34,828 nt of DNA from an uncultured Anaerolineaceae bacterium (lineage in GTDB: Bacteria; Chloroflexota; Anaerolineae; Anaerolineales; E44-bin32), in NCBI GenBank assembly GCA_964549025.1, contig CAZJUE010000004.1, positions 1 through 34,828 of the forward strand, written 5' to 3'. The position numbers and the translations under genes were made by a program. The notes below the pieces were generated by a model. It was not told the DNA's origin, ran no database searches, and saw only the letters and a list, made by a program, of their open reading frames with translations. Below, piece by piece: positions 18,601-25,128 of the stretch (position 1 is its first letter; every line of letters starts with the position of its first letter).

Positions 18601-19511
18601 CCCTTGTCGCCGGTGGTGATGTCCACCAGTGTGCCCTCGTAGCCTGCCAGGATCTGCTGCACCTGCCGGATGAATTGGTCCAGCTTCTCACCGGCCTGCT
18701 CGTCGCCGTCGTAGTCCAAGCCTTCGAACTTGAGAAAAAGCGCTACGGCCGGGCGCAGTTCGGCCAAGAACTCGCCCTGGCCTGAACGGAGCCGCTGATA
18801 GACCGGATCAAGCAGCCAGGACCGTACCTGCGGCTCGGTCAGTGATCCGGTATCGAGCTCCCCCCAAGGCTCACGCCCTGCCTCCCCACTGACCGCAGAA
18901 ATCTGCCCAAACCGGCGGCCGTCGGCCTCGGCTACACGCTCGATCTCCACGCGGCCGTCGAGCGCCTCCATCGCTGAAGGGCCCAGCACGACCTGGCCGC
19001 CGCTGGCATGGTGCTCCGCCTCGGCCATCTCATCCAGCAGGCGGCCGGCCAACACGTCGAGCAGTTGCAGCTCGGGATCCCCGACGACGAAGCGTCTGGC
19101 GGCGCCGACCGCAATGCCGGCTTTGGCTGTGAGCGGGTACTGGTCACCCGATTCGAGGCTGATGGCGCCGAACTGCAGCATGGTCTGCTGCATCTGCAGT
19201 GCGCAGCTCACCGATCCGGCACCGTCGTCGCCATCGAACCAGCAGGTCATGGCGTCGCCGCTGAATCCGATCGCGCTGCCGCGGTAGCGGTCCAGCTCGG
19301 CGATCAGCGCGTCATAAACCTGATTCAGGTATTGGGTGAGTTCTTCTGCGCCGCGCTGGGGCCCGAAATGCTGCGCCAGGCCTTCGGCCAGCGGCGTGAA
19401 GCCGGATATGTCAACAAAAAGGGCTGCACCCTGGCAATGGTTGGGGAGCGATTCGCCGCGCGCCAGCGCGTGCCGACGGTCGGTCGGGATGTATGGAAGC
19501 AAGACTTCCAT
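15663..19511 (-). CDS. Multidomain signalling protein: two class III nucleotidyl-cyclase homology domains + STAND/AAA_16 P-loop NTPase + C-terminal TPR array
   Basis: CHD1 covers aa ~28-190 (ALFVDISGFT, GFSGDAM; nt ~18942-19430). CHD2 covers aa ~254-425 (GDKGSYLYIAFGAP, GVLGDATNLAARL; nt ~18237-18752). NTPase: Walker A AEAGMGKS (aa 473-480) and Walker B ILIVLEDTHWID. TPR-like repeats run from about aa 840 to the end. Confidence 0.85.
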   Translation of the reverse strand: MEVLLPYIPTDRRHALARGESLPNHCQGAALFVDISGFTPLAEGLAQHFGPQRGAEELTQYLNQVYDALIAELDRYRGSAIGFSGDAMTCWFDGDDGAGSVSCALQMQQTMLQFGAISLESGDQYPLTAKAGIAVGAARRFVVGDPELQLLDVLAGRLLDEMAEAEHHASGGQVVLGPSAMEALDGRVEIERVAEADGRRFGQISAVSGEAGREPWGELDTGSLTEPQVRSWLLDPVYQRLRSGQGEFLAELRPAVALFLKFEGLDYDGDEQAGEKLDQFIRQVQQILAGYEGTLVDITTGDKGSYLYIAFGAPIAHEDDVERAASAALDLRAAAAAADFLTAIQIGINRGRMRTGAYGGNTRRTYGVLGDATNLAARLMTSAQPGEILLTQSTADRVEHAFAWEDHPDITVKGKREPIAVAGLLSRSEASVRDRPAGRQLLPMVGREQELEILRAKIDLALDGHGQVVGITAEAGMGKSRLVAEAVRAARTRGMELRSGECKSYGMHASYLVWSTVWRQILRIGAELPEEEQIEALRAKIADWSPDLVERIPLLGPLLNITIPDTELTQQFDPQSRKVLLERVLLELLTTVARKRPILIVLEDTHWIDPLSVDLLKAFSPPLSTLPILVLLAYRPDGVATTAHANLAGREYFTEIPLTHLASQHAKQWIDIKTTQLYGPDVTPPSAFANRLMERADGNPFYIEEVLNYLRDHDISPQDRQALSELDLPTSLDSLVLTRIDRRDERPRSTLRVASVFGRTFSASHLQGAYPKLNESGGIDSVLDVLSRKGFVDREGGDSYSFRHGLIQEATYGSLPFTFRLELHGSVAEFLELAYADSIGSAVDLLAYHYFKGEIWPKAFDYNLRSAQQAEREYSNAAAISAAENALAAAGHIGSDLDIRSDVMSAHHVLGDVLSREARYEESVEAFTRSIEVANGWEDLFSESRAWYGLAETQIHKGDFREAIASAEQAEAISTAAGLKLAPIKSRWMQAWGAYRLGEVETAFDLARSLAEPTSALGDQEQRALNLNLIGMLSLTSGNYDEAERSFAEAFDIFDQAGDQRGVMPLINNLGLVAESRGQLSEAAAKYSTALAVAGRVGDRDGEIVYLGNLGRVKALQGEFAEAESDLSLALDKTESGGTDFLSEVLSSLAEAVLGQGRTDEALKHATQALDIALNSKALEDQGRAWRALGMVLARMEESPSLQLPPSVSDSAVDAHGAFAEAARRFADVQRRDELARTLRLWAEYEHEAGDASLGLEKWNEAKVLYEKLGIEEKSNQMGELG

Positions 19512-19520
19512 GGGGGAATG

Positions 19521-20774
19521 CTACTCGAGAGGGCCGTCCGCAGTGGTGACCGCCAGCACGGTCACATCGTCCTCGCGCGGCACCGATCCTTGATACTGCT
19601 GCACCGCCTGCCAGATCGCTTCGCACAAGCCATCCGATCCTGCGCTCCGGTGCGCCTGCACGGTCTCCAAGAGCCGTTTTTCCTCGAAGAACTCACCGGT
19701 ATCGTCGACCGCCTCGGTGACTCCGTCGGTGTAGATCAGCATGGTGCTTCCGGGATCAAGCTCGGTGCGTCCCTCGTCCAGCATCATATCTTCGAACAGC
19801 CCCAACGGCTGTCCCACCCCCAAAGGCAAACCTTGCAGCGTTCCATCGGCGCCGACCACCATCGGAAGGGAGTGTCCGGCGCGGGCAAAGTGGAATTCGT
19901 GGTTGGAGGCCTGCAGCACGCCGTACAGCACGGTCACGAAGTGACCGGTTCGGTTGACCTCGATTAGCGCCCGGTTGACCGCCTGCAAAACTGCAGCCGG
20001 AGTCGGCGACCGTGGGGCCTCGGCCCGGATCAGCGTTGCGGTCAGCGCCATCAGCAGCGCGGCCGGAACGCCGTGGCCGGTGACGTCGCCGACCGTGACT
20101 CCCAGCGATCCCGAACCGAGATCGATGACGTCGTAGAAGTCCCCACCCACTTCGGTGGCCGGGAAAATGCGAGCGCCGAATTCGAAGCTCTCGAGCTCCG
20201 GCAAAGTCGCCGGCAGCATGCTCATCTGGATTTCGCGGGCGACTTCCAGCTCACGTTCGAGCCGCTCCTTCTCGACCAACTGCGCTTGGGCGGCCTTCAG
20301 TTCATCGTAGGCCAGCTGCAGCTGGCGGTTCTTCTCACGCAGGTCTTTGATGGTGAGGTCTTCCGACTCGTCAAGCCGCTGACTCATGGTGCGGATCATC
20401 TCGAACGACAGCGATGGATATTCGCGCATCAACTGCTCGAGCTGGCTGCGGCGGAGTTCCAATACGCTGACGTCCGTCTGCGCCCGTACGCTGGCGGTCG
20501 GCAGGTGGTCCTCGCTGAATAGGCTCATCTCGCCCAGCGTGGTCCCCGCACCGCGCACTCCCAGCAAGCGCTCGTCGCCGGAACCCAGCGATTTGATGAT
20601 CTCGACCTCGCCCTCAAGCAGTACGTAGCAGCCTGATTCGGAGGCCCCCTCCTCGATCAACAAGGCGCCCGAGGGGCGATCCTGGCCGACCAACGTTTGC
20701 TCAAGCTTTGCCAATTCGGACTCGGGCAGGGAGGCAAAGAGTGGCACCTGGCGAATGATATTAGCTTTGATCAC
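19521..20774 (-). CDS. CAP-family (cNMP-binding-like) domain + coiled coil + PP2C/SpoIIE-type serine phosphatase
   Basis: N-terminus VPLFASLPESELAKLE...GEMSLF...SVRA (CAP/cNMP fold). C-terminus EIQMSMLP...GGDFYDVI...GDVTGHGVPAALLMA...YTDGVTEA (SpoIIE/PP2C). GTG start. Its stop lies 9 nt before the cyclase gene ATG. Confidence 0.85.
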   Translation of the reverse strand: MIKANIIRQVPLFASLPESELAKLEQTLVGQDRPSGALLIEEGASESGCYVLLEGEVEIIKSLGSGDERLLGVRGAGTTLGEMSLFSEDHLPTASVRAQTDVSVLELRRSQLEQLMREYPSLSFEMIRTMSQRLDESEDLTIKDLREKNRQLQLAYDELKAAQAQLVEKERLERELEVAREIQMSMLPATLPELESFEFGARIFPATEVGGDFYDVIDLGSGSLGVTVGDVTGHGVPAALLMALTATLIRAEAPRSPTPAAVLQAVNRALIEVNRTGHFVTVLYGVLQASNHEFHFARAGHSLPMVVGADGTLQGLPLGVGQPLGLFEDMMLDEGRTELDPGSTMLIYTDGVTEAVDDTGEFFEEKRLLETVQAHRSAGSDGLCEAIWQAVQQYQGSVPREDDVTVLAVTTADGPLE

Positions 20775-20974
20775 TGCGGACGCTCACATCCTTCGGCTTC
20801 CGGGCGTAATTTGGCGGCTTCACCCCCGGCTGCGCTCCGGTTCGTCGACCGGGGCGAGACAAACCGCATCATACTTCAAAAGCGGAATTTGTTGCCCTGG
20901 ATACGCGCTGGTTGTTGAGGGTCGGGCAGGCGGTAGTGAGCGCGCCCGGAGCGAGTGCGCCTGGCCCAGGCGAT

Positions 20975-21253
20975 CTAGAACGGAGGAATGATGTCTTCGG
21001 GGATGCGCGATAGGTCCTTGTGGACCTCATCCAGCCGCTTGGCAACTTCTTTCAAGGTATCGCGCAATTCTGAGTCGTTGTTCAAACGGGCTTCCGCACC
21101 GGACAGGAACCCACGCACCGCGGCGACTTCGAGCATGATCTTCCATCTGCGGGACGAAATCTCTTCGCGCAGGGCGCGCAGCAATTCGATCTGGCCGTCG
21201 GAGAACTCTTGATAAAGCTCACGCCGAAGTCGGGTGACTTCTTGCGAGCCCAT
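20975..21253 (-). CDS. Hypothetical small helical protein (92 aa)
   Basis: A good SD (GGAGGTG) lies 5 nt upstream of the ATG, and third-position GC bias is coding-like. Predicted all-helical and charged. No family recognised. Confidence 0.55.
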   Translation of the reverse strand: MGSQEVTRLRRELYQEFSDGQIELLRALREEISSRRWKIMLEVAAVRGFLSGAEARLNNDSELRDTLKEVAKRLDEVHKDLSRIPEDIIPPF

Positions 21254-21270
21254 GACCCACCTCCAGCCGC

Positions 21271-21290
21271 GTGACCCAAGGCTGGGTCAC
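21271..21290. promoter_or_regulatory. Perfect 8-4-8 palindrome in the divergent intergenic region (92-aa ORF / argF)
   Basis: GTGACCCA-AGGC-TGGGTCAC. A third copy of TGACCCA overlaps the ATG of the 92-aa ORF (21253-21259). Confidence 0.4.
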
Positions 21291-21397
21291 GAGCTCTTCC
21301 TCCGCAGCCATCCTAGCACCCGGGTCCTGCGGCAGACCTGTACCGTTGGTCCTAGGTGCTATACTGCCCGGCGTACCCCCGCGAACGGAGCCAGTCG

Positions 21398-22315
21398 ATG
21401 CGCAATTTCATTTCGCTTGCCGATCACAGCCCCGAGCAGGTCAGCGAGATCCTGCAGCTGGCGGTGCGATTGAAGGACGAGTGGTCAGGCGGTGGCAATC
21501 GGCCGCTGCTGGAGGGCAAGATACTGGCGATGGTGTTCCAGAAGCCCAGCCTGCGAACCCGAGTTTCCTTTGACGTGGCAATGCGCCAGCTGGCCGGCGA
21601 CGCGCTGTATCTCTCGCCCGACGAGATTGGCCTGGGCAAGCGCGAAGCCGTGCGGGACGTCGGCCGGGTGCTGGGAGGCTATGTGGACTGCGTGATGGCC
21701 CGGGTTTTCGATCACGCACATGTGGTCGGGCTGGCGGCATCCGCCGGTGTGCCGGTGATCAACGGGCTGAGCGACTTCAACCATCCGTGTCAGGCGATGG
21801 CGGACGCATTGACGATTCTGGAACGATTCGACTCGCTGGAAGGGATCAAGCTGAGCTACATTGGAGACGGGAATAACGTCGCGACCTCACTGCTGTTCGC
21901 CAGCGCCCAGCTGGGCATGGACTTCAGCATCGCCTCGCCCGCCGGCTACGAACTCGATCCGGAGACCGTCGCCGCCGCGCGCACGCTGGCCGAGCACTCG
22001 GGAGCCCAGATCGACCTGCTCGAAGATCCGACCAAGGCGGTGAGCGGCGCCCAGGTGGTGTACACCGACACATGGGTGAGCATGGGCCAGGAGGCGGACA
22101 CGGCTGAGCGCCAGGAGGCGCTCCGAGCCTATCAGGTAAACGCGGCGCTGATGGCATCTGCCGACCCACAGGCGATCGCCATGCACTGCCTGCCGGCCCA
22201 TCGCGGACAGGAGATCACCGACGAGGTGATGGACGGTGCCCAGTCGGCGGTATTCCAGCAGGCCGAGAACCGATTGCACGCGCAGAAGGCGATCCTGGTA
22301 AAGCTGCTGACTTGA
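21398..22315 (+). CDS. argF: Ornithine carbamoyltransferase
   Basis: SLRTRVSFDVAM (carbamoyl-phosphate site STRTR variant), HPCQAMAD, DTWVSMGQE and CLPAHRGQEIT. The ATG at 21398 has GGAG 7 nt upstream. Anabolic versus catabolic role cannot be told from sequence. Confidence 0.9.
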   Translation: MRNFISLADHSPEQVSEILQLAVRLKDEWSGGGNRPLLEGKILAMVFQKPSLRTRVSFDVAMRQLAGDALYLSPDEIGLGKREAVRDVGRVLGGYVDCVMARVFDHAHVVGLAASAGVPVINGLSDFNHPCQAMADALTILERFDSLEGIKLSYIGDGNNVATSLLFASAQLGMDFSIASPAGYELDPETVAAARTLAEHSGAQIDLLEDPTKAVSGAQVVYTDTWVSMGQEADTAERQEALRAYQVNAALMASADPQAIAMHCLPAHRGQEITDEVMDGAQSAVFQQAENRLHAQKAILVKLLT

Positions 22316-22369
22316 GCGATTTCAGAACCCTACCGGCTGGCAAACTCCACCCCGCTGCAGCTATCCAAT

Positions 22370-23800
22370 ATGCGTGATTCGATTATCGGGCGCCGTGCAA
22401 AGATCGTCGCCACCATCGGTCCGGCCAGTCAGCCCGTCGAGCGGCTGCGGTTGCTGATCGAAGCCGGGATGGACGTCGCCCGCTTCAATTTCTCGCACGG
22501 AGAGCCGCCCCAACACGGCGAGGCAATCGAGCGGCTGCGCGGGCTGGCCAAGGAGCTCGACCGGCCGGTGGGCGTGCTGCAGGACCTGCAAGGACCGCGG
22601 CTGCGTACCGGCGACCTGGGGGACGGCTCTGCGCATGAGCTCCAGGCGGGCGCATCCTTCTCGCTGATCACTCGTACAGTTCCCGGCAATTCAAGCCAGG
22701 TGTGCGTGAGCTATCCACACCTCACCCAGGACGTCAACGCTGGCGACACGGTGTTGCTGGACAACGGCCGCATCCAGCTTGAAGTCACCGAGGTGGGGCC
22801 CGAGCTGGTTCGAACCCGGGTGATCGTGGGCGGCAAGCTCAAGCCTGATATGGGGCTCAACTTGCCCGGCGTCTCACTGAGCGCACCCTCGCTGACGGAG
22901 AAAGACCTGGAAGATTTGCAGTTCGGACTGGATTTGCGGGTAGATGCGGTGGCGATCTCCTTCGTACGTGGGGCGCACGACATCGAGCAGCTGCAACAGG
23001 CGATGGGCGACCGTCCGGTACCGATCATCGCCAAGCTGGAACGGCCGGAGGCGGTTGAAAAGCTGGATGAGATCCTGCAGGCCGCAGATGGGGTGATGGT
23101 AGCTCGCGGAGATCTCGGAGTGGAAGTGTCCGCTGAGCAAGTTCCGTCGATTCAGAAGCGCATTATCCAGCACGCCAACGACAGCCAAAAGGTGGTGATC
23201 ACCGCCACCGAGATGCTGGATTCGATGATCCGCAACCCCCGGCCAACCCGGGCCGAAGCGTCGGACGTCGCCAATGCGGTGTTCGACGGCACAGACGCAT
23301 TGATGCTTTCCGGTGAGACTGCTATCGGCAGCTACCCGGTTGAATCGGTCGCCACCATGCAGCGCATCATCCTGGATGCCGAGTCCCACCAAACCGAATG
23401 GGGTCAACCGCCGCGCTCACCGTCGCCAGAGCAGCGGGATGATGCAGTCGCCACCACCCGCGCTGCCCGCAAGTTAGCCGAGGATCGGTCGGCGGCGGCA
23501 GTAGCGGTGTTCACCCGCAGCGGAAAGACCGCACGGCTGATGTCGAAAGCGCGGCCCTCGGCGCCGATCATCGGATTCACTCCGGAGCCCGAAACCTACA
23601 CCCGGATGTCGCTCCTGTGGGGCGTGGAACCGCGCCGCTGTGCGCTGGTGCGCACAGTGGAGGACATGATGGAGATCGTCGAGGGCGAGGTGCACCGCAG
23701 CGGTCGGGTGCGGTCTGGCGAGCAAGTGGTGGTGGTGGCTAGCTTGCCGCTAGGCGAACGCGGTCCGCCGAATTCGATTTATTTGCGAACGATAGACTAA
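22370..23800 (+). CDS. pyk: Pyruvate kinase
   Basis: RRAKIVATIGPAS, ARFNFSHG, MVARGDLGVE, ITATEMLDSM and DALMLSGETA. 476 aa with a C-terminal regulatory domain. Confidence 0.95.
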   Translation: MRDSIIGRRAKIVATIGPASQPVERLRLLIEAGMDVARFNFSHGEPPQHGEAIERLRGLAKELDRPVGVLQDLQGPRLRTGDLGDGSAHELQAGASFSLITRTVPGNSSQVCVSYPHLTQDVNAGDTVLLDNGRIQLEVTEVGPELVRTRVIVGGKLKPDMGLNLPGVSLSAPSLTEKDLEDLQFGLDLRVDAVAISFVRGAHDIEQLQQAMGDRPVPIIAKLERPEAVEKLDEILQAADGVMVARGDLGVEVSAEQVPSIQKRIIQHANDSQKVVITATEMLDSMIRNPRPTRAEASDVANAVFDGTDALMLSGETAIGSYPVESVATMQRIILDAESHQTEWGQPPRSPSPEQRDDAVATTRAARKLAEDRSAAAVAVFTRSGKTARLMSKARPSAPIIGFTPEPETYTRMSLLWGVEPRRCALVRTVEDMMEIVEGEVHRSGRVRSGEQVVVVASLPLGERGPPNSIYLRTID

Positions 23801-23876
23801 TCGCTTTCGAGGGGGCCTGGCCGCGAGAGCCGGCGGCACGCCGCCTGGCATCCGCGCGGCCATGTGGCCCGCTTGA

Positions 23877-24953
23877 CTATCGGGGGACCGACAGCGTATC
23901 GGCTTTGCGGCGGGCGATCATCAGGCCGGCGAGCAGCAGCACCAGGCCGATAGCAGTGGTCAGAAAAGCCAGCACGAACAAGCGCCCCATGGTTGCATCC
24001 AGCAGCCGGTCGATCAGGCTCCGCAGCACCGGGCGAATCGATATCATGGGCAATTCGGCGATTACCGCCGAATCCATCGCCGACTCGACCACCCCACCGG
24101 TGATAAACATCGCCAAAAAGGTGGCCAGCCCTCCCCCCAGGATGGCGGCACCCCACCAGCGCATCAGCTGGGGCCAGGACCGTACCGCCAGGGCCAACAC
24201 CAGACCCAACGCCGATACTGGCAGCAGCCATCCGACCTGAGCCAGGCCCCGCAAGATCCGCAGGCCGCGTTTCAAACGAAGCATGTCCTGTGGATTGGCG
24301 CCCGGAGCCGTGTCACCCCCGGGCTGGACGCGGTCTGGCAGCACCCCCACCTGTCGCTCCAGCAGCGCCACCAGTTGATCGACCATATTGCTGCGCGTGG
24401 GTTCTGGAGGCTGACAGAGCTGTTGCGGCAGTTCACCGCCATCGAATCCCTGACGGATCAGCGCTTCGATCTGCTCCGGTCCACATGCGGGCCACGAGCC
24501 GACAACCGTTTCGACCAGCCGCTTGGCGCCGCCGCCTTGGATATGCTGCTTAATTGGCTGCAGATCGAGCGTGATCTGCGGAATCAGCCGCTCCTCATCC
24601 AGCCAGCCATACAGGTTTTCTAGATTGGTTTGAATTTGGCTGCGTGCCCAGTCGGGCGGGACCACGCTGGCCAGGATCTGGTCGAGATCCTGGCGCGCCA
24701 GAAAGTCCAGCACACCCTGCTCGGTCTGCTGGCCACCGCCCCGCTCCAGGATCGCTTCCACCGCCAATCGCTGCAGCACGCCGGAGTCGATCAGCTCTGC
24801 AGCGATGATGTCGGTCATCTCGTCGGCCGAGAACAGCACGTTGCCCCAGGCAAAGGCCAACAGGCTCACCGGCAGCGTGATGGCGTAGGCCAGGGCAAAG
24901 AAAGCGGCCCCCGCCCGCGCCAGCGTTCCTGCACATCCTCGCGGTTCGTCCAT
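23877..24953 (-). CDS. Hypothetical integral membrane protein (358 aa)
   Basis: An N-terminal TM helix, a large soluble loop, and about 3 C-terminal TM helices. No family recognised. Confidence 0.6.
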   Translation of the reverse strand: MDEPRGCAGTLARAGAAFFALAYAITLPVSLLAFAWGNVLFSADEMTDIIAAELIDSGVLQRLAVEAILERGGGQQTEQGVLDFLARQDLDQILASVVPPDWARSQIQTNLENLYGWLDEERLIPQITLDLQPIKQHIQGGGAKRLVETVVGSWPACGPEQIEALIRQGFDGGELPQQLCQPPEPTRSNMVDQLVALLERQVGVLPDRVQPGGDTAPGANPQDMLRLKRGLRILRGLAQVGWLLPVSALGLVLALAVRSWPQLMRWWGAAILGGGLATFLAMFITGGVVESAMDSAVIAELPMISIRPVLRSLIDRLLDATMGRLFVLAFLTTAIGLVLLLAGLMIARRKADTLSVPR

Positions 24954-25075
24954 GATGGCTCCCCCGCAGGGGAGCGGCGATTATACATTTGAGCATCAGC
25001 GGCCGAAACCGGCCAGACCGAGGACAAGGTCTGGCCAAGCTGTGCCGATCGGGCTACGCTGGCATGGAATCAAAT

Positions 25076-25101
25076 GGCCGGCCGACAGGAGTCGGCCAGC
25101 C
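25076..25101 (-). terminator. Stem-loop downstream of korB
   Basis: ggccggccgac-agga-gtcggccagcc (10 of 11 bp), followed on the minus strand by ATTTGATT. A second 9-bp hairpin at 25011-25036 (ggccagacc-N8-ggtctggcc) is followed by GGTTTCGG. Confidence 0.45.
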
Positions 25102-25128
25102 AATACTCGCAATCCAATGCGATGCTTT

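Noticed and set aside
19008-19967. 319-aa plus-strand ORF spanning the PP2C/cyclase junction
   Set aside because: It is antisense to two well-supported domain-bearing genes and shows no motifs.
21346-21365. TTGGTC as the -35 element for the argF -10 box (TATACT)
   Set aside because: It lies only 8 nt from the -10 hexamer. The promoter call rests on the extended -10 (TGcTATACT) alone and stays low confidence.
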